A stretch of DNA of 64,000 nucleotides, from positions 70,441-134,440 of the forward strand of contig WFPF01000021.1 in NCBI GenBank assembly GCA_015487695.1, in the 5' to 3' direction. A model generated the notes under the pieces. The model ran no database searches, was not told the origin of the DNA, and worked only from the letters and a program-made list of their open reading frames with translations. Shown one piece after another: positions 1 through 8,149 of the stretch (position 1 is its first letter; each line of letters begins with the position of its first letter). This DNA comes from Chitinophagales bacterium (GTDB lineage: Bacteria > Bacteroidota > Bacteroidia > Chitinophagales > S012-47). The position numbers were made by a program, and so were the translations under genes.

Positions 1-1417
1 GCTCGCCACCCAGCGAGAAGTAGGGCTTCAGAATTAAATGGTTCTTTCTTAGTTCGTATTGAAATTCAATGGCCTTTGCTCTGCGCCTGGCCTCCGAACG
101 GGTACGGCCGCGGGCCGAGTAGATAAGGTTGACATGAAAGAGCGAATCTCTGGAGGGCGTCTTTTTAAGTTCAAAATCACTGACAAGAAGGGTGTCCCCG
201 ATGATGTCAAAATCATTGTCATGAATCCTGATAAAGCCATCGAGCCAGGGCTGGCCGGGCTCGTGTTCGTCCAGCCAATATTCATCCGAATCAAAATGCA
301 CATAAAGCGTATCGGAAGCGATGTTTATATTCTGTTTTTCCCGCACCACGGCTCTTTCATTGAAATCATAACCCAGACTCAGTGCGGCCGGAATAACCAT
401 CCATACCGCCACTCCCCAGGAGATTGCCGTGATCATGTCCAGTATGTTTTTCGAGCGCCTGCTCATGCTCCCCGATGTGAAAAGCCGTATAAAGAGCCAG
501 GTGATGGGTATCAAAACCATGAGCAAACTGCCGATCAGAATCAGCCACATCTGCCATTCCGAATTGAAAATGTATTGCTGCAGAAAGGGAATGCTAACGA
601 CCATCATGGTTGAACCCGTCAGGAGAGAAAACACAACACTCGTCAAAACGATGATGGCCAGAAGGGAAACAAAGATGAAGAAGAGTTTGCCGAGAATTTT
701 GATAATACCCCGGAAAAGCGCGCTCAGATTATTGAAAAAGTCCTTTACAGGATCATTTTTTTTTTGATCCTGAACCCAATTCTGCGCTTCAGAAGCCATG
801 TTTTGTACCCGCTCTTTTACGTGCTGAAATTCCTCCTGAAAACTTTGTTTGATATTGTCCACATTGACCGGCTCGCCCCTCATTTGCAGCTTTTCGGTCG
901 GTGTTTTTGCTTCGGGGATGACAATCCAGAGGATGATATACAACCAGAATCCGGTACCGAAGACAATAGTTGCCACCACAAATGCCAGACGAATCCAAAC
1001 GGGATCTATGCCGAAGTAGGCACCAAGCCCCGAACAAACACCTCCCAGTACTTTGTCATCGGGATTGCGGAAAAGGCGTTTCCCGAGATAAACCTGTTTT
1101 TTCTTCTTTTCGCTGTCTGCAGAAGTGTAATTAGTGTTCTTCTCCTCCTCATTGGCCGACATTTCGAAATCCTGCGGATATCCGATGGTGGCTTTCACCG
1201 TGTCGATGTCATTCAGCTCAACAATGATTCTTTTGCCCAGATGTTCTTTAAGGATTTCCGCTATTCGTACTTCGATATCCTCCATAATTTCCTCGCTTCC
1301 TTCATTCTCCCTGAAGTAAGTCCGGAGGATATTTAGATAGCTTTCAAGGGCACTGTAGGCATCTTCGTTGATCGTAAAGACCATGCCCCCAATATTTGCA
1401 TTTACCGTTTTTTTCAT
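1..1417 (-). CDS. PspC domain-containing membrane protein (C-terminal part runs off the left edge of the window)
   Basis: Uninterrupted minus-strand frame from ATG 1417-1415 to position 2 (472 codons, no stop, so absent from the ORF track). Translation starts MKKTVNANIGGMVFTINEDAYSALESYL. It contains LFRNPDDKVLGGVCSGLGAYFGIDPVWIRLAFVVATIVFGTGFWLYIILWIV (PspC-domain signature) followed by further TM helices. It starts 7 nt after the PadR stop. Plus-strand ORFs 59..613 and 764..1336 are shadow frames of this gene. Confidence 0.85.
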   Translation of the reverse strand, partial: MKKTVNANIGGMVFTINEDAYSALESYLNILRTYFRENEGSEEIMEDIEVRIAEILKEHLGKRIIVELNDIDTVKATIGYPQDFEMSANEEEKNTNYTSADSEKKKKQVYLGKRLFRNPDDKVLGGVCSGLGAYFGIDPVWIRLAFVVATIVFGTGFWLYIILWIVIPEAKTPTEKLQMRGEPVNVDNIKQSFQEEFQHVKERVQNMASEAQNWVQDQKKNDPVKDFFNNLSALFRGIIKILGKLFFIFVSLLAIIVLTSVVFSLLTGSTMMVVSIPFLQQYIFNSEWQMWLILIGSLLMVLIPITWLFIRLFTSGSMSRRSKNILDMITAISWGVAVWMVIPAALSLGYDFNERAVVREKQNINIASDTLYVHFDSDEYWLDEHEPGQPWLDGFIRIHDNDFDIIGDTLLVSDFELKKTPSRDSLFHVNLIYSARGRTRSEARRRAKAIEFQYELRKNHLILKPYFSLGGE

Positions 1418-1424
1418 TCTGGCT

Positions 1425-1751
1425 TTATTTTATGATTTTGGATACGCTTTCTGAGAGATTAAACCAGGATGCTTTCAGCTCAAGATAGTATTGAGAGCCT
1501 TCCCCGGTTAAAGTATAATATTTCCGTGGGGGACCGCTGTTCGATTCCACCCACTTGTATTGCAAGAGCCCGCCTTTTTTCAGCCGGCTGAGCAGAGGAT
1601 AAAGGGTACCCTCCACCACAATGATTTCAGCCTTCTTCATGATCTGAATGATATCTGACGGATAGGCTTCTTTTTCTTTTTCAATAATTCCCAGAATGCA
1701 AAGTTCCAGGATGCCTTTCCTCATTTGTGCTTTTGCATTTTCTACGTTCAT
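1425..1751 (-). CDS. PadR family transcriptional regulator
   Basis: MNVENAKAQMRKGILELCILGIIEKEKEAYPSDIIQIMK...GTLYPLLSRLKKGGLLQYKWVESNSGPPRKYYTLTGEG is a typical PadR winged-helix sequence. The track start at 1790 lies upstream of a -7 promoter box, so I use ATG 1751. ATG 1724 (MRKG...) is an alternative start. Confidence 0.85.
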   Translation of the reverse strand: MNVENAKAQMRKGILELCILGIIEKEKEAYPSDIIQIMKKAEIIVVEGTLYPLLSRLKKGGLLQYKWVESNSGPPRKYYTLTGEGSQYYLELKASWFNLSESVSKIIK

Positions 1752-1756
1752 GAATG

Positions 1757-1798
1757 CAAACATAGTGCTTAAGACAGTACCTTGCAACACAAGGTACT
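1757..1798 (-). promoter_or_regulatory. Candidate PadR promoter (-7 box TATGTTTG, 1757-1764) with a 9-bp inverted repeat operator candidate (1776-1798)
   Basis: The minus strand reads AGTACCTTG-tgttg-CAAGGTACT, then 11 nt, then TATGTTTGCA, then 5 nt to ATG 1751. The -7 box matches the Bacteroidota consensus TAnnTTTG. The loop of the inverted repeat sits 20 nt upstream of the box, where the -33 element is expected. Confidence 0.45.
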
Positions 1799-1848
1799 AT
1801 TTTTAACACTTTTTTATTTTTCCCCATAAGATTCACACGATCTGCACA

Positions 1849-2409
1849 TTAGTGAATGCAGTTTTGCGGAATCGGGCGGATAGCGGATCGGTCGTATCCC
1901 ATCGCCTCGGCCCGGTCGAGCAACTTTTCCATAATCTCCGGGTCCATTTCTTTCGTGCGTGACAGAATTCGAAGTGTCGTTCTGCCGGCATTGCCCAGCA
2001 TCGCATAGCGATAGTTGCTGTCCAGTTCCAGAAAATAAAGCTCCCCTTTCAGCGGCCACTGATATTCACTTTGCAGAACGGCAATCCCATCTTTATAAAT
2101 GATCCAGGCTTTCCCTTTGTCATAGACCCAGTTTCCCTTCCGGTCACGACACCTTTTGACGACCCGCATGCCGGCACGTCTCATTTCCTGATAGGCCAGG
2201 GCATAGCAGGTACACGGATCTTTTTCTTCAATACGCAGTGCGGCCAGTTCGTACCATTCTCCCAGAAAACGATGCATATCCACTTCTTTGACCGGGCTGT
2301 CGATCGCTCTTTTCCCGGAACAGGAAAAGAGAAGAAAGAGCAGGGCCGGGAGTACCCAATACTGTCTTCGAAACCCTAATCTTAATGTATATCCAGATTG
2401 TAAAATCAT
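1849..2409 (-). CDS. Lipocalin-family outer-membrane lipoprotein (Blc-like)
   Basis: Lipoprotein signal peptide ending LLFSCSG. FLGEWYELA matches the lipocalin GxW motif region. Size is 186 aa. Confidence 0.65.
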   Translation of the reverse strand: MILQSGYTLRLGFRRQYWVLPALLFLLFSCSGKRAIDSPVKEVDMHRFLGEWYELAALRIEEKDPCTCYALAYQEMRRAGMRVVKRCRDRKGNWVYDKGKAWIIYKDGIAVLQSEYQWPLKGELYFLELDSNYRYAMLGNAGRTTLRILSRTKEMDPEIMEKLLDRAEAMGYDRSAIRPIPQNCIH

Positions 2410-2418
2410 AACAAAAGC

Positions 2419-3717
2419 TTAAAAGGCAAGCCAGAGCCGGTCGAGCCACGAGCGGTAAAAAGCTTCGTAGTACAACGCTTCGGCTACAGCCGGCAGCGAC
2501 CACAAAATGGCAAATATCAGCAAGAATATGCCCCATTTTCGCTGAGCCAGCAAGCGGATCAGCGGTGCGGATGCAAACAAAAGCAGGGGCATAAAAAGAA
2601 GAAACCAACGCATACCAACCGCATAGCCCCCGTAATTATTCGTACGAAACAAGACAAAAAGAAATATGATGAATGAACCGGCAGCAAAAGCCAGCCACAT
2701 AGGTCGTATTTCCCAGTCGCGCTTGATGAGGGTGCGAAGCAAGGACCACAGCGCAAGCAGCAAAACCGGAGTTAGCGAAAAAAGGCCGTGGTGCCCGAAT
2801 GTAATATGAAAAAGATAGCGCAGCTTGTTCTCTTTCAAGAGATCGAAGGCTTCCCGTTGCTCCCAATAGCTACCGGGATAATGATAGAGCGCTCCCTGCA
2901 GGTAGATCGGTTTAATGCTCCCTGTGATCTTCCAGTAGACTGCGGCACTCAATGCCAAAAAGGCAAAAACAAACAATGCCGCAAGGCTGGCTTTTTTTAC
3001 ATCCGTAAGGTAGAGCGCCCCCAGCGCCATCAATGCAAAGACAAGGCCCGGAAGATCCGTACTTGCTCCGAGGCCCGCCAGCAATCCCGTCAGCACATAG
3101 TAAATGCTGCTTCTTTTCTTCTGATAAAGAATAAGCCAAACGAGGTAAAAAACCATAAAAAACGAGGTAGCTGCAATGCTGTGGTTGTTGATCGTGACAC
3201 TATAGGCATATGGCAATGATGCGACAGTCATAAAAAGGAGTAAAAAGACGAGGGTTCGCCTTTCGGGAAAATACCACGATGCCATGGCCAGCGCCAGGAT
3301 CAAAACAATCATATAAGGAATGACCTGGTTGACAATCGTGAGGAAACGGATAAAATCTTTGCGATGCGCATAAAAGTCCCACCCGGTCACAGCCTTGAGC
3401 AGAAAACTTTCGGCAGCCATCAGCATCGGATAAACCGGAGGTTTGCTGCTGTACATTTTACCGTTGATCATCACCGCATCTATGGATAGCCGGAAAGGGG
3501 TGCTATCACCCGGGGCCACATGGGCAAAAGTTCCTCGTTCGACAAGTCTTTCGACCGTAATGATTCTGGACCGGGTGTTGTCAGAATTACGTACCCGGCT
3601 GAATGTGAAAAAAAGGAGTAGGAGAAAAAAGATGCAAAGCATCCAGATCACAGGCCTGTGATTCTTCCACAGATAAATGAGCTGCGTTTGGAGCGAATAG
3701 CTTTTACCTTTGAGCAT
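2419..3717 (-). CDS. Polytopic membrane protein, possible GT-C fold (ArnT/PMT-like) glycosyltransferase
   Basis: 433 aa, almost entirely hydrophobic helices with short loops. The family call rests on topology only. The track start 3747 is a TTG upstream of the -7 box, so ATG 3717 (MLKGKSYSLQ...) is used. Confidence 0.45.
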   Translation of the reverse strand: MLKGKSYSLQTQLIYLWKNHRPVIWMLCIFFLLLLFFTFSRVRNSDNTRSRIITVERLVERGTFAHVAPGDSTPFRLSIDAVMINGKMYSSKPPVYPMLMAAESFLLKAVTGWDFYAHRKDFIRFLTIVNQVIPYMIVLILALAMASWYFPERRTLVFLLLFMTVASLPYAYSVTINNHSIAATSFFMVFYLVWLILYQKKRSSIYYVLTGLLAGLGASTDLPGLVFALMALGALYLTDVKKASLAALFVFAFLALSAAVYWKITGSIKPIYLQGALYHYPGSYWEQREAFDLLKENKLRYLFHITFGHHGLFSLTPVLLLALWSLLRTLIKRDWEIRPMWLAFAAGSFIIFLFVLFRTNNYGGYAVGMRWFLLFMPLLLFASAPLIRLLAQRKWGIFLLIFAILWSLPAVAEALYYEAFYRSWLDRLWLAF

Positions 3718-3722
3718 CTTGT

Positions 3723-3730
3723 CAAATTTA
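3723..3730 (-). promoter_or_regulatory. -7 promoter box TAAATTTG for the 2419..3717 gene
   Basis: Matches TAnnTTTG. It lies 5 nt upstream of ATG 3717. Confidence 0.4.
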
Positions 3731-3771
3731 GTACTTTGACAGAGCAATGTGCCGATTGAGTTTCGTTAAAC

Positions 3772-3779
3772 TATTTTTG
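3772..3779 (+). promoter_or_regulatory. -7 promoter box TATTTTTG for the 3787..5799 gene
   Basis: Matches TAnnTTTG. It lies 7 nt upstream of ATG 3787. Confidence 0.4.
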
Positions 3780-3786
3780 TATTTCG

Positions 3787-5799
3787 ATGGGAAAAGCCAG
3801 CAGAAAAAAAAGCAATAAGAATCAGGAAAAGAAGCAAACGGTGCCAACAAACGCACGGGATCTCAGGCAGAGAAAAGGGGGTTTCAAAGACCGCAAAATT
3901 CCCATTCTGCTGTTTGCCGTTCTGGCACTTACTTTTTTGACTTTTCTTCCCACCTTTCAGAATGAGTTTACCAACTGGGATGACGACATGTACATCCGCG
4001 ACAACCCCCTGGTTCGGAGTCTCTCTTCCGATAATTTGCAGACCATGTTTGCTCCGGATGAAGAGGCTTTTGTGGGAGGTAATTACCATCCCTTGACAAT
4101 TCTGACTCTTGCCATAAACTATCAGATATCAGGACTGAAGCCCTGGAGCTATCAGCTCGTTAATATTCTTCTGCATCTGCTGAACACCTTTTTGGTTTTT
4201 CTTCTCATTTATCGCCTGACAAAAGGCAAAGCCGACATTGCATTAATAACCGCCTTGCTCTTCGGCATTCATCCCATGCACGTTGAATCGGTCACCTGGG
4301 TGGCAGAGCGAAAAGATGTGCTTTACACGGCATTTTTCCTAGGGGCCATGCTCTCGTATCTAAATTATATTCGAAAGCCCGGATATCTGCAATTGGGCGT
4401 AAGTTTCCTTTTCTTCACGCTTTCCCTTCTTTCCAAGCCGGCTGCCGTGGTCTTTCCGGTTCTTCTTTTCCTCTTCGACTATTTTGAAAAGCGACCGCTG
4501 AAGGCAAAACTCTTTCTCGAAAAAATTCCGTTTTTTGCACTTTCCCTCCTCATGGGGCTTTTTACCATCGATGCGCAAAAAGCATCCGATGCCTACGGGG
4601 GATTGGCCAAATTTGACATTTTCGACCGACTGATGTTTGCCGGTTATGGCTTTACGATGTATCTGGTCCGTTTTTTCGTTCCCTTCAAGCTTTCTGCTTT
4701 TTATCCCTACCCCGAATCCTCTCCGCTTCCTGCCGAATTCTACATCTCTTCGGCCATTGCTTTCTTGATTCTTGCCTACACGATTTGGTCTATGAAGAAA
4801 ACAAGAATACTTGCTTTCTCCGTGGGTTTTTATGCTGTGAACCTGGCGCTTGTGCTTCAGTTTGTCACGGTGGGTAGCGCCATCCTTGCCGACCGCTACA
4901 CCTATGTGCCCTATATCGGCATTTCCCTTCTCATAGGATACGCCTATCATGAGCTAAGGCAGAGCCATCGTCCGGCCTTGAGGAAATATGCCCAACCCCT
5001 GCTCATTCTGATTGTTTCGGGTGCATTGATACTTTCTTTGCTGGCCTCACAGCGTGTACGCGTCTGGCGAAACTCGGAAACCCTTTTTACGAACGTCATT
5101 AAAAATTACCCCCGGTCTGCAGTGGCGTATCAAAACCGCGGACACTATTACCGGAAACAGAGCGCCCGGGCAAAAGATCCGGTCCGGAAGGCCGCGCTTT
5201 TGAAAAAAGCACTTGAAGATTACAACGAGGGCCTGGCTGTAAGTCCCGGGAATGCCGTGCTCTATTCAAACCGGGGGAAAGTCTGGTTTGAAAGAAAAGA
5301 ATTTGAAAAGGCCCTTGAAGACTACAACCGTTCGCTTGCCATAAAAAGCGATGACCCTCAAACCCTGAGCAACCGCGGAGCAGTCAGGGGCATGCTTGGA
5401 GATTTGAAAGGTGCATTGCAGGATTTCAACCGGGCCATTGAGCTTGATCCCAATAATCCGAACGGCTATTTCAACAGGGGAATCCTCTACGGTCAACTGG
5501 GAGAACCGGAAAAAGCCATTGCCGATTATCGCAAATACCTTTCCTATAAACCCGGCAATGCCGGTATGCACAACAGCATCGGGGTCGAATTGCAGAAGCT
5601 CGGCAGAAATACGGAAGCCCTGAGAGAATTTGATACAGCCATCCGTCTGAATCCCAAAGAGCCTGCATTTTATATCAATAAGTCGCTTTCTCATTTCCAA
5701 CTGGGACAAACAGGCGAAGCCCGAAAAAGCGCCAGGCAGGCACAGCGTTTGGGAGCAAAACTGAATTCCTCTTATCTCAAACAAATCGGAATCAAATGA
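3787..5799 (+). CDS. TMTC-like membrane glycosyltransferase: PMT_2/DUF1736-type GT-C domain fused to C-terminal TPR repeats
   Basis: The N-terminal ~420 aa are polytopic and carry LLFGIHPMHVESVTWVAERKDVLY, which resembles the conserved loop of TMTC/PMT_2 enzymes. The C-terminal ~230 aa hold at least 6 TPR units (AVAYQNRGHYY, AVLYSNRGKVWFERKEFEKALEDYNRSL, PNGYFNRGILYGQLGEPEKAIADYRKYL and others). Confidence 0.7.
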   Translation: MGKASRKKSNKNQEKKQTVPTNARDLRQRKGGFKDRKIPILLFAVLALTFLTFLPTFQNEFTNWDDDMYIRDNPLVRSLSSDNLQTMFAPDEEAFVGGNYHPLTILTLAINYQISGLKPWSYQLVNILLHLLNTFLVFLLIYRLTKGKADIALITALLFGIHPMHVESVTWVAERKDVLYTAFFLGAMLSYLNYIRKPGYLQLGVSFLFFTLSLLSKPAAVVFPVLLFLFDYFEKRPLKAKLFLEKIPFFALSLLMGLFTIDAQKASDAYGGLAKFDIFDRLMFAGYGFTMYLVRFFVPFKLSAFYPYPESSPLPAEFYISSAIAFLILAYTIWSMKKTRILAFSVGFYAVNLALVLQFVTVGSAILADRYTYVPYIGISLLIGYAYHELRQSHRPALRKYAQPLLILIVSGALILSLLASQRVRVWRNSETLFTNVIKNYPRSAVAYQNRGHYYRKQSARAKDPVRKAALLKKALEDYNEGLAVSPGNAVLYSNRGKVWFERKEFEKALEDYNRSLAIKSDDPQTLSNRGAVRGMLGDLKGALQDFNRAIELDPNNPNGYFNRGILYGQLGEPEKAIADYRKYLSYKPGNAGMHNSIGVELQKLGRNTEALREFDTAIRLNPKEPAFYINKSLSHFQLGQTGEARKSARQAQRLGAKLNSSYLKQIGIK

Positions 5800-6371
5800 A
5801 TGTCGGGCTCTTCTTCGGTTCTTTCAATCCCATCCACATCGGGCACCTCATCATTGGCAACTATGTAGCCGAAGAGATGCCGCTCGACCAGGTATGGTAT
5901 GTCGTTTCTCCGCAAAGTCCTTTCAAGAAAAAGGACCGGCTACTGAATGAGTACGATCGTCTGCGCATGGTAGAACTGGCCATCGAAGACAATTACAAAT
6001 TGCAGGCTTCGAATGTGGAGTTTAAGATGCCCAAACCCTCTTACACGATAGACACCCTGGCGCACCTCAGCGATCTCTTTCCCTCTTATCGTTTTACCCT
6101 TCTCATGGGATCCGACAACCTCAAATCCCTTCACAAATGGAAGAATTACGAGCTCATTCTCAGAGATTACAAAATTGTAGTTTATAAAAGATCGGGGAGC
6201 GAAGATCATCCGCTTTTCAGGCATCCTTCCGTCCGAATTCTGAACGATACTCCTTTACTCAACATCTCATCCACATTTATCAGAAGAATGGTAAAAGAAG
6301 GAAAATCAATCAAGTATATCGTACCGGCTGCAGTCGAGAAATACATTGATGAAATGGGATTGTATAAATGA
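5796..6371 (+). CDS. nadD: Nicotinate-nucleotide adenylyltransferase
   Basis: GLFFGSFNPIHIGHL (HxGH motif) and ISSTFIRR. Its start overlaps the upstream stop by 4 nt. Confidence 0.9.
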   Translation: MNVGLFFGSFNPIHIGHLIIGNYVAEEMPLDQVWYVVSPQSPFKKKDRLLNEYDRLRMVELAIEDNYKLQASNVEFKMPKPSYTIDTLAHLSDLFPSYRFTLLMGSDNLKSLHKWKNYELILRDYKIVVYKRSGSEDHPLFRHPSVRILNDTPLLNISSTFIRRMVKEGKSIKYIVPAAVEKYIDEMGLYK

Positions 6372-6847
6372 TCCTGCTTTCCACAGTGCCCGGGAAGAGC
6401 CCGGTACATACGCAAAATTTCTCCCCTGTCAAAATGAAAAGTGTGTACAGTGTGTCTGCAGCCTTGTGGAGAAGATGGGGAAAATCATCTCTTTTATCCC
6501 CAATTCGGAAAAGTGTTTTTCAAAAGTTTTCACTTCAAATTTTAAGTAGGGAGTTATGCTCTTTTTTTGACTCTCTTTCCACACTCTCTCCACTCAAAAT
6601 TTACTTCCAAAGAAGGAAAGTTATTCTGTCGAAAGACTATGAACGTACTGTGAATAAAATCGCTAATACCTGAAAATCAGTAATTGCTTTTTTTCTATCC
6701 GGGTGGATATCTCTACGCTGAATAGGGAAATCCTAGAAATCAAATTTCAGTAGAAAATATTTTCTACAAATTAACGGCCTTAATAATGACGAATATTTAA
6801 TTTAAAATTTAAATCATAATTAAGAAAGGCTGTGGATTAAAATGAAA
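6372..6847. other. Gene-free AT-rich spacer with five DnaA-box-like 9-mers and an 18-bp perfect palindrome (function unassigned)
   Basis: Each box is one mismatch from TTWTNCACA. They are CTTTCCACA 6377-6385 (+), TTCTCCACA 6465-6473 (-), TTATCCCCA 6494-6502 (+), CTTTCCACA 6575-6583 (+) and TAATCCACA 6831-6839 (-). The palindrome GTAGAAAATATTTTCTAC is at 6750-6767. The stretch 6780-6825 is nearly pure A/T. Confidence 0.3.
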
Positions 6848-7375
6848 TCAGGAAAAAAGATTGTCAAGATTTTTTAATTCCTTTTTCAAATACCTGGAGT
6901 GATCGTAAAACAAGCTGGCAAAAAAACGAAGGAAAGGGGAAGGAAAAGAGAAGCTGTCTTCTACTTTCAGGAAGCTTAACTGATCCTGCGAATAGACCTG
7001 ATATTTGCGTTTAAATTGGAAAGGTCCCTTGCCAATGCTGGAGCAGTCAAATTCAAGATTATCCATTTTTTTATTTCCTCTGAAAACGAGCGCATCCGTT
7101 TTTCCGAAGTACTCTTTCCATTCAGGAACCTGCGGATCTATCCACTCTATTTTCCAGAGCGAGTTTCTCCATTTGGGTTCGTTGTTTACATCCGAGATAA
7201 ACTGGTACAGTGTGCGTTCGGGAACGAAATAAGAGTTGCTCATGACCACATTTACATGGCGGGGATACATGCGTCCGAGCAGATCGATGCTCATTACAAG
7301 CAGAAAGGCTATGAGGAGAAAAGTAAGAAAGGATTTTATGAAAATGAAATACTCCATACACTCGGAAAGATACAT
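6848..7375 (-). CDS. Hypothetical membrane-anchored protein (possible SRPBCC/START-like fold)
   Basis: N-terminal TM helix FIFIKSFLTFLLIAFLLVMSI followed by a soluble domain of about 140 aa. The fold suggestion is weak. ATG 7375 is preferred over the track's TTG at 7381. Confidence 0.5.
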   Translation of the reverse strand: MYLSECMEYFIFIKSFLTFLLIAFLLVMSIDLLGRMYPRHVNVVMSNSYFVPERTLYQFISDVNNEPKWRNSLWKIEWIDPQVPEWKEYFGKTDALVFRGNKKMDNLEFDCSSIGKGPFQFKRKYQVYSQDQLSFLKVEDSFSFPSPFLRFFASLFYDHSRYLKKELKNLDNLFS

Positions 7376-7453
7376 CTGCAACTCAGTTCAGTTGACTCAG
7401 AGTTCTCCACAAGTATTGGGTAAAAGAGGCGTAAACAGTTGAATTAAAGTAAG

Positions 7454-8083
7454 TTAATTCTTTTGGGAGCTTTTCTTTTTTCTGCTTACAATATTGAGAT
7501 CCGAATCCGAAATATCTGCATAGCTTCCTTTCAGCGTTCGCGTAAGAGTGATACCGTAGCGATTGAGATAAGAAGCGATGCTCAGTGATGTACTGAAGTT
7601 ATCGGAGAGGATATAATATTTTTCGCTGGCCTGAAGTTCGGCCACGAGGATGGGGAGGTATTCAGGAAGATAGTTGGAGGCTGATTCGATGTGGGACGCT
7701 TCAAAATTATTGCGTTTTCGAAAGTCCATGAGCTGTATTTCTTTGTCATGTTTCAGATCAAGGATAAACTCATCGGCTTCGATGCTAATAATCATTCCCA
7801 TCTCTTTTCCGGCTCTTGTCCAGGCATCCATACCATATTCAAGGGCGCCATCGATGTTTTCCAGCATGGGCAGATCTTTCGAATGACCGGGCAGAACAGC
7901 CAGCCATTTTTTAATCGGAAATACAATTTCCCTGAGAAAGACTTCGAAGTTTTCGTCTTTCGGATCGATAAAAAAACTACCCGGAATAAATGCCTTTTCA
8001 AACTCATCTGCCGAACGCAGGTCGAGTACCTCGTATCCCGCATTGATCTTTTCCTGAAATTCCCGGACTCCGTATTTCTTCAT
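7454..8083 (-). CDS. Tandem rhodanese-homology domain protein lacking the catalytic cysteine
   Basis: Two rhodanese-like halves (EVLDLRSADEFEKAFIPGS... and IQLMDFRKRNNFEASHIESASNY...). The 209-aa translation contains no Cys at all. Confidence 0.6.
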   Translation of the reverse strand: MKKYGVREFQEKINAGYEVLDLRSADEFEKAFIPGSFFIDPKDENFEVFLREIVFPIKKWLAVLPGHSKDLPMLENIDGALEYGMDAWTRAGKEMGMIISIEADEFILDLKHDKEIQLMDFRKRNNFEASHIESASNYLPEYLPILVAELQASEKYYILSDNFSTSLSIASYLNRYGITLTRTLKGSYADISDSDLNIVSRKKKSSQKN

Positions 8084-8095
8084 CTTATTGCTTTT

Positions 8096-8124
8096 AAAAA
8101 CAAAAGGCCGGCAAGCTGCCAGCC
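8096..8124 (-). terminator. Intrinsic terminator downstream of the ArsR-family gene
   Basis: The minus strand reads GGCTGGCA-gct-TGCCGGCC (8-bp stem including one G-U, 3-nt loop), followed directly by TTTTGTTTTT. Confidence 0.6.
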
Positions 8125-8149
8125 TCTTGAAATTTGAGTCGTAATATCA

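Noticed and set aside
59-1336. Plus-strand ORFs 59..613 and 764..1336 from the track
   Set aside because: The minus strand carries an uninterrupted PspC-domain gene across this region. It is missing from the track only because it runs off the window edge.
6386-6407. Hairpin after nadD as an intrinsic terminator
   Set aside because: It has only 5 bp plus a bulged 3-bp extension and no downstream U-tract, so it is too weak to call.
6368-6673. 101-aa ORF starting inside the nadD stop codon, and the 67-aa ORF 6346..6549
   Set aside because: Composition is not protein-like, no promoter box is present, and the region reads better as non-coding (see the DnaA-box finding).
6727-6767. Possible dif (XerCD) site: TCCTAGAA resembles the XerC arm of the Firmicute dif site, next to the 18-bp palindrome, between convergent genes
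   Set aside because: The remainder does not match the 11-6-11 dif architecture or the XerD arm consensus. The similarity is limited to 8 nt, so I keep only the palindrome as an observation.
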